51,500 nt of DNA from Girardia tigrina (lineage: Eukaryota): NCBI GenBank assembly GCA_001938485.1, contig MQRK01232526.1, positions 8,973 to 60,472 of the forward strand, read 5' to 3'. The notes under the pieces were generated by a model. The model saw nothing but the letters and a program-made list of their open reading frames with translations. It had not been told where the DNA came from and did not search any database. Positions 23,933 to 37,655 of this stretch are shown here, in pieces. The position numbers and the translations under genes are program-made. Each line of letters starts with the position of its first letter. The stretch's first letter is position 1.

Positions 23933-25371
23933 ATCTAGATGATCGTTCTGATTCTTATTTAATCATGACGTTCAGTTGGAAAATTGCTTAATTGTATCAG
24001 TTATCTGTTTTTTTATTATCTTTGAAAAATCACTGTTTAAAATTGTTATTCATTAATCAAGTGGGTGATGTCACTTTTAAAGGTCCAGCGTTAGAATTAT
24101 AAGGGCAAATTCAAAAATGCAGTCAATATATCTTTTATATATAATATTTCGAGATTTATTATTTTACTTTTAATAATTGTAAATTTTAAGAGAGTTTGTA
24201 GATATGTACTTCTGTAAATCCATGCAAATTCAATTACACTTGTTTTTGATATTTTCTGATTTTTGACATTTGTGAACTGTCAGAAAATATTTTGAACTAT
24301 GACGCAAAAATTTTATAGGGCTTTTGCTAATACATTTTGTAATTATCGAAATTAAAAATTAGAGATCATCTTTGTTTTCGTTGTACTTATTCATTTAATT
24401 TTAAATATTATAATTGCAAGAATGAAAGTAACTGTTAATCAGTTGAAAGTGTCCGTTTTAATTATTTTAATAGCTATGGTAAGGTATAACTTTACTAATT
24501 AGCATGCCAAAGTACTCTACATTACAAGCATAAAGTACCACCAATACATAAAGCTTGTAAACATCAGGTATGAGCTTCAAATATTAAAAGATTTATGTAT
24601 TTTTTTGAAAATTAAAAAAAATATTTTTTTGTTATTTGAGATCAATCCATGCATTAATTTTATACTTTAATCATAAATAATCTCTTCAGGGAAATATAAA
24701 TTATATAATAAAACTAGATAATATCGATTTTTACAATTCTTTATTTTCATTTATATAATATATAATAGTATGTTATTATTATTATCTTCTTAAAATTATT
24801 ATTAATTTTATATAAAATAATTATTTGTATTAAAAAAATAATATGGATTATAGCCATAAAAGGATATTACGTCAAATAATAAATTATACACTTGTTTTCA
24901 TTTTAATAATGTATTTTACGCTTTGTTAAGGGCCCTATATATAATAATAAGTATTAATGCGTATATGAAATTTTAATTTATTGTTGAAATGAAATTCTCA
25001 ACAATTATTTCTATTATTAATGATCGATATCGAATTAAATCTGTGATTATATAAATGGAAAACCTGTGAATAAAAGGAAGGAAAAGCGTTCTGGATCGCT
25101 CGATATTTATAATGCATAAATGTGAACTGCGCTGCATTTCGAAATGCAGTTCAGATTCCAAAATATTCGATGTTTACGATGATGAATACATAAAATCACG
25201 GATTACATAAACAATTCAAGTAGTACCGACTCAGATTTAGTTGCATCGAAACCGTACCTCGTCAATCACAACAGAATCATGTCGGAATTTCTTTAGGGAA
25301 TCCATTTTGACTCACTAGAGAGACTTTGGAGTTTTGTGCTGTGGGTTTCCGATATCGACGAGTCGCGTTTA

Positions 25372-25880
25372 CAGTGCATTTCATTTAACAACTGCAGGAT
25401 ACGAAATTCTAACCTTCAAAAATAGGTTGAATATAATTATCCAATACAATAATAGTTGAAGATCTTTAACATTTACTATAGGAATTAAGTTACACACTCT
25501 CACACAAGTATATACACACAAATACACAGATATACATTCATACAAATATCAAAACACACAACATTTTAGGGTCATTTAACAATTTAAAGCTCTTTTAACA
25601 GCCGTATCTCAGAAAAGTTTAAAAAAATGAATTTTGAATTGGAAACCATTTCTTCGGCGTCAGACAATAATACTGACCCAGCAATGGATATTTCTCATGA
25701 CATTCGTGCTAAAAAGAAACGAAAATCGTAAGATGTTTAAACTTTTTACTTGATTTATTTCCTCATTTATCAGAGTTTCTAAGAATGACAAAGAGAGAAT
25801 TGTATCGGCGTACAATAAAGGACAAGATTATATCCTCTTGGCTGATCAAATTAATATAACCAAGTCAACAGCCAGGACTG

Positions 25881-25925
<45 letters not shown>

Positions 25926-27229
25926 GGCCATGCAACGGTCGGAAAGCATGGTGGTCATAAAAAGCATTTAATATCCCCGGAGTTCGGTAAGAAAATCCTG
26001 GATTTCATGGATGATAATCCCACCTGTTTTTTTGCGAGAAATAGGTTCCTTTTTAGTGCAATCATAAAATGTGACAATATCCAGAAGCACCATCTCCTGA
26101 TATTTGGAAGGTCAATTATTAACATTCAAAAAAGCAAAACCCTGTGTCGAAAATCGAAACTCCGAGCGAGTGAAACAATCCCGATATGAATACGCTCTCA
26201 GATTTATTGAAGAAGGCTGGAGGACGCATGAGTGTGTATTCATAGATGAGGTGGGCTTCAATCTTTGGATCCAGAGATTGAATGCTAGATCCAAGAAAGG
26301 AGTTCCGGCCAATGTAGTCGTTCCCACAAATCGAGGTAGAAATATTTCAATGATAATGGCTATTTGGAAATTCGGCTCAATAAATTTTAGAGTGGTCCCC
26401 GGTAGCGTCAACCATGACGTGTACCAAGATTTCATTGAGTAGCTATCATCAAAGCTCCCAGATGGCAATTATCGTTTGATAAACGATAATACATAATTCA
26501 TTTCGAAAAAAACTCTATTTATAGGGTGTACAATTTACCAACATATTCTCCTTTCTTGAACCCCATTGAAACCGCTTTGCCAAACTGAAGGGAAATATCA
26601 GAAGTCAAATGTCGATGAATAGGGAACTCTTATATTTAACCCATGTTGAAAGGATGAGAACTCTGGAGACAACAATTAAAGAAGAAATTCAAAAGGATGA
26701 TTGCAAAGATTTATCCAACTATTTTAGACATTGTCGTAAATTCTTGGCAAAATGTCTCCTAAAATATAACATCTTCGGAGATTGAGTGACAATTGTTGAT
26801 TGATTTGTTATGTTCTAAAATAAAAATGTTTATTAGTGACTTAAATTCAAAAGATAAAAATATATATTAAAATGACTTACAAAAATTAACTCCATCATCT
26901 CGCGCGTCGTCAAATGGAGGTTACAATCAACGATTGTGGCCATCATGAGGACAGGTTCACTTTTTCCGGCGTTGCTCCTCTCGAAGACCACCGTCGCCGA
27001 CGTCGTTATAACAATCGGTTGAAAATAGAATACGATTGCAAAAATTAAATTGCAAAATTGAAATTAATCGACAGTACATAAAATTATATCATAAAATTGA
27101 ATGTTATTCACTTTATGATATAACATTATATGAATCTTTTTTAATGTTGCAATATTATGTAACAGTGTATTAAAGCAATCATAAAGCAAAATTATGATTG
27201 CTTTCACTGTTATAAAATGAAACGCACTA
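25372..27229 (+). mobile_element. Tc1/IS630-like transposon
   Basis: Imperfect TIRs cagtgcatttcattt / aaatgaaacgcacta flanked by TA and enclosing a transposase pseudogene. Confidence 0.7.
25627..26785 (+). pseudogene. DDE_3 (Tc1/IS630-like) transposase pseudogene with a 46-nt intron
   Basis: HTH region, CVFIDEVGFNLW, RGRNISMIMAI, LINDN, LPTYSPFLNPIETA; stops, frameshifts and a (TA)n expansion at about 25884-25919. Confidence 0.88.
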
Positions 27230-29700
27230 TAGATTTCTTGAAAACACGAAAAATACAATTGAATTTAGTAAAGGAAAAGATTACGTTTTGATGTTTTGTT
27301 CAGAGAAACATATCTCTGTTATTATTAAACAAAATTTAATAAATATTTGCTTTTTATTTTCTGGTTTTGTTTATTCTGCATATAAATAATAAATGACGAT
27401 TGTGTGAGGAATATTTCGTGAATATTGTGTGAAGATTTATTAACCCTCCTCAAATTAAATTATTCAATTCTTGCCATTTTTAGTATTTTGAAAGGACAAC
27501 CTTTTTTCTTGTGTTTCATCTTTACTTTGGTTTTCATTACTGATGATTTTCGAGTAATAATTTTCCATATTTTTATTTAAATTTGGAAATTATTTCTTAA
27601 AAAAATTAATTATTTTGATAAATTTAATTTTAAATTGCCATATTAACGTGAAAAGACCATATGAAAATGCAAAATTAGGGTGTATGTATATTAGTGTGTC
27701 TGTGAATTTTTGGTGTGTTTGCGTATATTTTTGTATGTATATTATTTTTTCTGCTCTCTTCAGATATTAATGCCCTTTTAAAATGAGCATGTTATATCAA
27801 AATGAAAACATGGTCGATTTTAATTGGTAAATTAGCATTTATTTTGTTTGTTTTTTAAGTTCTATGAGGCCCTATTGAAGTGGAGTAATGCCATATTAAG
27901 AAGGAAAAGGGTGTAATTAGAAATCAAAGAAGCTCATTCCTCATTTACGTCAAGCGAATTTCCAGATGATTCGTTTATCCGATTATTTACAATCGTCTTC
28001 CGATACTGATTTTGGATTAAACTAATTTCGTCCAAGTCGATTATAAATTCTTTTTCATTCCGGAACTAGTCTGTTTTGGTTAAGAAAATAAAGAATAATC
28101 AAAGCAAATCACAGAATTATCAAGGTAGAAAAATAATTACGTTTACCTATTACCAAAAAAATAAAAAGACAAGTCATTCCGCTAACTAATAATCAAATCA
28201 CAAAATTCAACGTTCGATTCCATAACCCTACGACTACCAGCGGAGAAGCTATCCAGCTACCGAGCTGACATTTGGTCCTCTTTATAAAAAAAATCACAGT
28301 ATTTACTTACACAGGTAACCGTTGGTTTCTCATTGTGACTCTTTTTTTACTGTATCATGATCAATTGTTGCAAAAACATCATCTTTATCTCTTATAATTA
28401 ACGTTGTTATTCTTAAAGTAAATTGTTTTATAAAAAGTTCTTATTTATTTAATTATTTACAATGACCTTTTTCTGGTCTTTCAATACTTAATTATCTAGC
28501 TAAATTAAGGTAATATAATCTCAAATTTTACAAAACCATAAATTATCTTTATTCTTGATTTATTTGACATTTTATGTTAATATACTATTATCAAGAAAAA
28601 ATAAAGTTTGGACATAGATCAATGTGTCCTACTTATGATTTACTTCATAATTAAAACTAAAAAAGATATCAGATATAAAACCTGCCTCGTCGGTCAACAG
28701 AAATGTTGCTACAAATTTTGGTGTTTCAAAAAAATTCTGTTGATTATAATATAAGTAAGATATGGAAAAATAGAAGACAATGCGACACCAACTGACCTAA
28801 AATATTAAAATGTCGAGGTATCTTTGCGTAAAAAAGTTGTTTTTATAAATCATTCATTATTTTGTTTTAGTGCATCTCAAAATTTGAGCCTCGTATAAAT
28901 ACTCTTTAAAGTGAAAATTAATTTCAACGTTCTAAGGAGAAGCAAATTAATTTATTCACTAATTAATGTAAAAAAGATTTTTTGTTAACGGTGTTACAAA
29001 CCAAAAACTGTTACTGTTATAGTGATTCCCAATCAAGTAAAAATAATCTAAAATGCTGATTTTAAACTAAATATGTGAATAATTCTAGTTTTGTCACATT
29101 TTTTAATGTAAAATACAAAAAGGAAGCTTTTCTAACTAATGTCATTGAAACTGAATAACGACAGCAACTACATGTATAAAGCAGATCAACTTATGAATGT
29201 ATCGAAAGTCATAAATGATGAAAATCTTCAATTCAGATAATATAACCTAATAATGATGATCAATAAAATGATAATTGATAAATTCGAACTTCACAGAAAA
29301 TGTTTCAGCAAGAGTGATGCAGAAGGTGAAGGGACTGTTAGTCTCATGACCGTGTCAAGTGATTCATATTTGGTGTCATAAGTCTTAAGGGTGAGTCTTG
29401 TTCTAGTCGATCGTCAAAGTAAAACGATGAAGACTCGGAAGCTGTGTTGGTTACCAAATACGATCTGTGAGGATTTGGGGAAACTCTTCTAAATTTTTGA
29501 ATTAAAATCTAACTAAACAACTTTTTACAAATTAATACAATATTTAAAATACAAAAATAAATATTAAGTTGCGTTAAATTAAAAATATAAAAAATATTCA
29601 AAAAGAGGTCTTAAAAAATTATTATAGTTTTTAAAAAAATTTAAAATACAAGATTTCAAAAATAAATAAATTTACATTTAATTAAACTATATTAGTATTA

Positions 29701-30497
29701 TTGGTTTGTGCAAGACAAATGAAAAAGTGTTCCTCAGAAATTTACTTAAACAAAACTTCAAATGAGTTTACCAAAGTCCACGTAGCGCAAAAGGTTAAAA
29801 TTAGCCGTGAGGTGTTCAATATACAAATGAATAACCAATTCTGGGTATAAACATTAATTTCTGACAAGAAATTGGTTTCTCAATTCTATCAAAATTGAAG
29901 CAAAAGTTGCGTTCCAACAAGTCAAGCAACGCTATTAGTTTCCCTTTAATATAAATTTTCCAAGAAGGTCATGATTTGAGTTTGGTGGGATTTTGAAGAA
30001 ATTTTGTACCTTCCTTCAAATAATCATGTTATCAATGCTAAACTCTACTACCAGCAATTACACTGCCTTTACGAAACAATGGTTCAGTAGTAAACTTGGA
30101 TTATTAAAAGCATGTTGTGTTTCAGCAGAACAATGTCAAACCACATACTACCAAACTCAGAATTAAGGACAAATTTTAGGAGTTCGAGCATACAGTCCAG
30201 ATGTTACACCATAGAATTTCAGTTTTAATGGATCGATGTATTACTTTTTGAAAGACGACTGATTTGAATCATTTGACGAAATTTTAAAGCATGTCACAAT
30301 TCTGTGATTCGAACGAACCAAAAGATAGTCAAAATAAATGGGAGTTATTGCAGACGGATTGCGCAAAGTGAGAGAAATGATGGACTGTACTTAGAGGCAT
30401 ATGTTGTTTTAGTTATTCATAAATAGTTATTTTGATCAATAATTTATGAAACAATGAAATATTTTGCAGCTGTAAGAGTACTTATGAGAAAACCAAG
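29701..30497 (+). mobile_element. Old, deleted mariner remnant
   Basis: VFQQNNVKPHT...YSPDVTP*NF...FESFDEI motifs; weak ttggttt/aaaccaa ends. Confidence 0.65.
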
Positions 30498-30880
30498 TAT
30501 AATTATATCAATTGTTAATTTAAAGAAACGTACAGAACATTATTATATTTTATTTAATATATTATTTTATCTGATTAGAAAAGGATAACGTTAACAAATA
30601 CTAAAAATAATTCAACGTTTTTACTTCAAAATATCAGATTATAAATTATGAGAGAAGAGATAATCCGGTTTTGTGGGTAGGGAAATATATTAATTGAAAA
30701 TCTAAACGATAATTTTGAATAATCAATAGATACAGAAAAAAATCGTTACTTGTAAATAAAACGTTGAAAAAATCAGTATAATTTACAAATATATCTAACA
30801 TGCTTATCGTTCTTTCTAAAATGCTAACCATCATCACTAAAATACTTTCAGAATTTTAGATAAATTTCTATTGACATTTT

Positions 30881-31050
30881 TGTTATTATTATTTATAAAT
30901 TCAGTGCTTCTCTCCTCTCCTTTCCCAAAAGATAATCATATCAAATGCATTGTTTCATAACTTGAATTTTTAAAATCATTAAGTATTTACCTCTGACATG
31001 TTTGCGCTATCCTGCTGCCTTTTAATATATATGTGTATATTATAAATGTA
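30881..31050 (-). repeat. Putative 3' LTR of the Gypsy element
   Basis: Follows PPT-like GAGGGGA on the minus strand and ends in ATAACA; start is TA instead of TG, and there is no second LTR to confirm. Confidence 0.35.
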
Positions 31051-34000
31051 TCCCCTCGATTTAAATGGCTTTAGCCATTCCACATTTCTGATCAATATTC
31101 TGCCATCATCTAATTGTATCTCGTAACTTCTTTCGTGTTGTCGGTTCTTTATTGTGGCTGGGCCCATATATTGATCCTCATCCTTCGTTACGTTTTCTTT
31201 CTTTATCAGCACTTTATCTCCAATTTGGAATACTCGTTTCGTCTGTGTCGTGGTTTTATTCATTTCCTTCTCGACATGTCTTTTTCCATCGGTGTTTTTC
31301 CACCAATGTCTTAGTTTTCTACCAAAAATTATTTCTGCTGGAGATATCCCTGTGGTTGCCTGAATTGTGCTATTTAGCATAAACTCTATTTCTGGCAGGG
31401 TTTCCGTCCAATCTTTGTGGACCTCGTCTTTCATCCGTATATTCATGACATCCCTAATTGTTCTGAATTGTCTCTCAACAATCCCATTTGTATTGTGGTG
31501 GGAAGGATTGGAATATACTATCTCAGCTTTAAATTTATTTGCTGTTTCTTTAAAAAGGGCTGATTCGAATGTTTTTCCTCTATCGACATGGATTTCTTTT
31601 AGTGGTCCGTATTTGAAAATCCATTTGTCTAGTAATACCTTTCACACGGTTTTCTCGTCTTGATGAGCTACTGCGTTCAAACTAATGTATCTGCTAAATT
31701 GATCGATTATGTTTATGTTTAATATGTTTCTCTTTTGTTTTTATTGTTAAGGGCTTTCTTTTCTGACAATTCATACAACTTTGCACAATTTCCTTTACCG
31801 TTTTTCTCATATCTTCCATATCGAAATCATCTTTAAAATAATTATAAACTTTCTTACTACCAGTGTGGCAAAGCATCTTGTGTATTTCTTCCACGAATTC
31901 AGTCCTTTTACCTTTCGGAATCCAGTATTTGTTATCTATTGCGTTACGATATCATCTTCCAGTAACCATTTCTTTGTTTTCCCAGTTTTGATATCTGATC
32001 TAATCTGTTTTATCTCGTCATTATCTTTCTGCCATTTGAATCCTTTGGATTCATCGTCTAACGCTAGGATTCTTGTTTTAACTTTACCCTTCTTAGCTTC
32101 CTCATGCATAGTTTGNNNNNNNNNNNNCATTTCACAGGAATTTCTCGACTTTGCATCGGCGTTAGAGTGTTTTTCACCTTTCCGGTATTCCATTGTCATA
32201 TCCAACCCACTTAGAAAATTTATCCAAGTTTGAAATTGCGGAGTGATTGGGTTCTTTGTCGTCATCATAAAGGTAATGGTTTTATGATCCGTTCTTAATA
32301 GAAATTTCTTGCCGTAAAGATAGTGCTTGAAGTGTTGTGTAAAATAGTAGATTGCCAGCAGTTCCTTTCTCATAATACGGTATCCCAATTCCTGTTTGTT
32401 CATTTTGTGGGATCCATATGCAATCACTCTTTCTCTTCTATATATATCTTTCTGAGATAGCACCGCGCCAATGGTGTCAAACTAGCGTCTGTGTCCAATA
32501 TGAATTCTTTTCCGAAATCTGGGTATGCTAGTATTGGTGTATTTATCATCTTTTCCTTTAATTTTCGAAACGCTTCGTTGCATTCTTCCGTCCATATTAG
32601 CTTTTTTTCTTTATTCTTTCCGCATAGTCCTTCCAATACTTTTGAATACTTTGCGTAATCTTTTAAGAATTTCCTGTTATAGTTCGTTAAACCTAAAAAG
32701 CTTCTCAAATGTTTTACACATGAAGGATTCTGAAACTTGCTAATCGCATCAATCTTTGTCTGATCTGTTTCTATGCCATCTCTGCTGATCACATATCCCA
32801 AAAACTTTGTCTTTTCCACCAAAAAGTGACATTTATCTGGATTAATTCTCAGACCCGGTTGCTTTATTTTACTAAATACGTGTTCAATTCGTTTGAGGTA
32901 TTCTTCCTTGTCTTTTGCGAAAATTAAAATATCGTCTAAATACACAACTGCCTCTTTCCAATTTTATTCACCCAAAACTCTTACCATCAGTTCGTGAAAC
33001 GTTGCTGGTGCCGCTGCAATTCCAAATGGCATTCTCTTGAAACAGTATTGGCCATCCTTTGTTGAAAATGCTGTTTTGACTTTTGATCCATCTTCAAGTT
33101 CCACTTGATGGTATGCGTTTCCTAAATCGATTATTCTAAAATACTTTGCTCCATTTAGTGTATTCAGCATTTCCTCAACATTCGGCATAGGAAATGCAGG
33201 TCTTACGGTGATTTTATTCAATTGTCGAAAATCTACACACACTCGAATGTCCTGTTTCTCCTTTTTCCAAACACAAACTAGAGGGAAATTCCACGGTGAA
33301 CTGCATTTCTCTATAATATCGTTTTCTTNNNNNNNNNGAATAATATCGTCCAGTTTTTCCTCGAAATGTTTTGATTGTCGATAAGGTTTCACTAAAACTG
33401 GTTCTCCATGCGTTTCGATCTTGTGTTTGGTCAGTGACGTCCTTCCAATATCCCATTTGTCGGCCATAAATATTGATTTAAATTGTGTTTTCAAACAGCT
33501 CTTTTATTCTCCTCAGTCTATCCTCGTCTGATGGATTGTCTCGTATTGCCAGTAACTTATTAGTATTTGATGGTTCTCTCTTTAACTTAATCCTGAATTT
33601 GTCCAAGAAATCTATTCCTGCTATCTTTTCTGGATCTAAATCTTTGACCACAAAGAAATCCACTGTTTTCTGCATTCTTTCAATTATCACTTTAAGTTGA
33701 ACAATACCATAGTTTATAAGTTCTGAATCATTCGCACAATGTATTNNNNNNNNNNNNNNNNNNNNNNNNNNNNNNNNNNNNNNNNNNNNNNNNNNTCTTT
33801 AATTATCTCTGCTTTAATAACGTTGACTCGAGCTCCTGTATCTAACAGGCAATTGACATTTTTATTCTTTATTCGGAACTCTATACTTGGTCTACCTTTC
33901 AATTCTTTATAATTAATGTTAAACTTCGGTAATATCAATACATCTTCAGCATTCTTTTTTATTTTTTTCTCATTTTCTATATCCATATTAGCACATATTT

Positions 34001-34475
34001 CATCGTTTTCTTCAGGTTCATTATCTAATCTACACATCTCCAGAGGAATATTTTCAAACACATCATCAAACATACAATCACAAACACATTCATACATACA
34101 ATCAATCATACACCTACATTGAGTTCCTATTGTAGCACACTGATNNCTTCTCCCTGAGATCGTGCGTCCTCGTTTCCCTGATCATTTCTGAATTTTCTGT
34201 TACCCACGGGATATTCCAGTCTTTTGCCATCTTCTCTTCTATACGTTCCTTCAGAATAGTCCCCTTTTTTTGAGTCTTCTCTTATGTAAAATTCATCATC
34301 TAGTTCGTCCACTTCTGCTACTGGATATTTCCTATTCGTGTATCTTGGCCGTTCTCTATACCGTTGATTTGAGTAATTTTGCCTGTTATTCCATTGATTA
34401 TTTACATTATCCATTTTCCATTGATCACGCTCCCTATATCTATTAGGGTTTTCATAACACTGTGTTCTTAAATAT
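31051..34475 (-). mobile_element. Ty3/Gypsy retrotransposon, 5'-truncated; gag end plus frameshifted pol (PR-RT-RH-INT)
   Basis: LLDTGARVN (protease), CVDFRQLN, MPFG, YLDD (RT), LDTDAS, LRTDHK (RNase H), H..LCH...C..CQ and YMGP (integrase). Confidence 0.97.
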
Positions 34476-35798
34476 TTATAATAATATCACATCTCCTTTA
34501 TTAAATTATTTAGTCATAATTTTAACAATTATATTTAAAATAAACAGGTCTGAATTTCTTCATTATTCTAATACATTAAAAATTTTAAATTATCAATAAA
34601 ATTACCGATTATCAAGAAAATGGTCCCAGTACTATCCGTAGCACAAACACTAATACTCTGCTACCACCTGTCAGTTTCTAAGGCAACCTGAAGACTCTTA
34701 GTTTCTTTAAAATTGTAAGTTCTTAATAGAAAACCTTAACCAGTAGTCTTAGGATTGACAATAACAGAAGATAAGTACATAAGATTTTTTTTATTATTCT
34801 TGACCATTGTTTTTCGTCATTACGAAACATTATTTAACTGGAAGTGATAGCAACTCGTAACACAGATTATGTTAGAACTACAATACAGGAAAATGTAATT
34901 GTAGTTGAGATAAACTAATGGTAAAGACACTAAAAACAATAATTTATGCACTTTTATCATTTTATCATGGTTTCTTTTCATTCGCTTAGATTGTCTGTCT
35001 GTTTACGACAAATCTTCTAGCCATAATATCTCCAAATTTTGATTATCGCACTGCGCTGGAGTTTTGCTAACTTATTTGTTCTAGATTACATTTCAATAAT
35101 TTATCAAAATATTCACCAAATAAGGGATCAATTAATCAAAAATGATTGAAAAACACAGAAATCCGGAACAAAATCGACAATCTGCGAGAAAACCTTATTC
35201 AAAATCACAATAACTCGAGATATGATAATCATTCGTGTTAAAATACGAAGTCATCAAATATAAGAGTGGCTTTTAAAAAAATATTTTTTTAATATTTAAT
35301 TAATTTGTTTCTTTCAAAATTTCTTCGTGATTTTAGATTTTTTTCTTTTTTTATTTTAAATTAAAAACCAAATTGGTTAATCTGTTGATAATTTATTTTA
35401 ATCAAATTATAAAATTCATTATATTTTATATTATATTTAAAAATTATTATATTTTCTGAGATGCTTAAATCCCAATACGAGTTTTTTAGTTAGTGTTATT
35501 TAATTAAGAAAGAATAATTTCTAAACTTAAATTACATTTAAATGAAAATAAGAGTTTTTAATTATGTTTTTCAGATTAGCTTTAGAACAAAAAGAATGAA
35601 TACAGAAAACTGAATGAATAGAGAAAAGCTTTAATTATTAGTTAATTCATTTCAGTTGTCTTAAATTGCATACATAAAGTATTTTTATTAAAACTAAAAA
35701 TAATCTCAAAAATGAACTAATTTTAGTAAATTTCTTTTATTAAGAAAATTAATTTTGATAATTTAAGAATAACGTTTATCAACTTTTTAATAAAAAGA

Positions 35799-35854
<56 letters not shown>

Positions 35855-36370
35855 NNNNNNNNNNNNNNNNNNNNNNNNNNNNNNNNNNNNNNNNNNNNNN
35901 NNNNNNNNNNNNNNNNNNNNNNNNNNNNNNNNNNNNNNNNNNNNNNNNNNNNNNNNNNNNNNNNNNNNNNNNNNNNNNNNNNNNNNNNNNNNNNNNNNNN
36001 NNNNNNNNNNNNNNNNNNNNNNNNNNNNNNNNNNNNNNNNNNNNNNNNNNNNNNNNNNNNNNNNNNNNNNNNNNNNNNNNNNNNNNNNNNNNNNNNNNNN
36101 NNNNNNNNNNNNNNNNNNNNNNNNNNNNNNNNNNNNNNNNNNNNNNNNNNNNNNNNNNNNNNNNNNNNNNNNNNNNNNNNNNNNNNNNNNNNNNNNNNNN
36201 NNNNNNNNNNNNNNNNNNNNNNNNNNNNNNNNNNNNNNNNNNNNNNNNNNNNNNNNNNNNNNNNNNNNNNNNNNNNNNNNNNNNNNNNNNNNNNNNNNNN
36301 NNNNNNNNNNNNNNNNNNNNNNNNNNNNNNNNNNNNNNNNNNNNNNNNNNNNNNNNNNNNNNNNNNNNNN

Positions 36371-36653
36371 ACAAAGTTTTATTTTAATAAAAGCAAGTTT
36401 TATTTCAAAATAATTTTTTTGTACGTATTAATTAATATTATTGATTTTTTTCATAAAGTTAAAATTTTCATAAAGTTAAATTATAGCATGTGCGGTTTAT
36501 GTAGAGCCGTAAATGTTTTAAAATATTGTATTGTCATCGGAACCAAGCCTGTATAAAAAAAATTCAGCTCAATTGGATGACTGAAAGTGGTCGAAAAATC
36601 AATCGCAAGATTTGTTCCAGACAAGAAACGAAGCTAAGTAAAACGTAGTAAAA
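36371..36653 (-). repeat. Inverted copy of repeat 6912-7174
   Basis: Direct sequence comparison; has a local ttcataaagttaaa duplication; the left end runs into a gap. Confidence 0.9.
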
Positions 36654-36759
36654 TCAGTAAAAAGTAAGTATGTATTATAGATATAATTATCAAAACTTCT
36701 TTCAGAATCAAAATTTACTTTTTAAAAAATTTTTCCAAAGGGGTTTGTACTGCATTGTC

Positions 36760-36922
36760 TTTTTTTCCGCATAAATTTCTTTATAGCAATTTATGATACC
36801 CAGAACCGATCTGTTTACCCTCGACTTGCCGTGTGTCCACGATCAAAGCGCTTAAGTATATCCAGTTTTGCATCTAGCGTTAAAGCCTTTCTGGAAGATT
36901 TGCGTTTACTGCTCATGTCCAT
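36760..36922 (-). pseudogene. pogo/Tigger transposase N-terminal CENP-B-type HTH remnant
   Basis: MDMSSKRKSSRKALTLDAKLDILKRFDRGHT. Confidence 0.6.
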
Positions 36923-37617
36923 ATTAAATTTTGCAATTATTAAAACAAATTTAATGTTTAAATTAATGTTAATTAATTAATTAATTTATTTAATGTTAAA
37001 TTTTATAAGGCAAAAAATGAAAAATCAATCGACACTAAAGCGAATTGACGCATAGCTGGGCTTTGGTGTATATAACTTTTCGATTTTTATTTTTTTCAGA
37101 TAAAATCAATACTTTTGTGAACGATTTAGAAAGAACGAAGAAATTCAAAAGAAGATGTATTTTGCTGTGTGGGATTGTCTGGATGTCCCTGTCTGAAACG
37201 TGGTACAGTCGAAAATACATAGTGCTCTCAGATCGTCATTTGTCAGACATTTCAGTCGAATTGCATCAATGAGATTTCATATTGTTTTGGATTTGATGTG
37301 AAGGCTAAAATTGAGTGCATTACATTGAGTGTGAGAAGTTTTATCTCAATGATTAGCTTTTAGTTTGCTCTCAATTGTTATTCTTATCATATGTCTCCGC
37401 TATTCGTTAAAATACAGAACGATAGAGTAAACATATATTTTTTTCTATTGGTATTTACAAGTTTCTTTGCGAGAATGGAATTGATAATGTTTAGTGTATT
37501 TTTACTTAATTTTTAAAATTTCTGAAATAAATTAATTTATATCAAACAACATATTGATACAATGTTTTTTTATTTATTTAAAGTCTCTTATTTATAGTTT
37601 AATAAATGGTGTGGATG

Positions 37618-37655
37618 GATCTGATGATTGAATTTTTATCTCGAAATATGTCGTT
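37618..37655 (+). ncRNA. Degenerate hammerhead motif, paralog of 156-196
   Basis: GAT-CTGATGA-TTGAAT(tttt)ATCTC-GAAA-TATG-TC^GTT; core intact, stems decayed. Confidence 0.5.
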
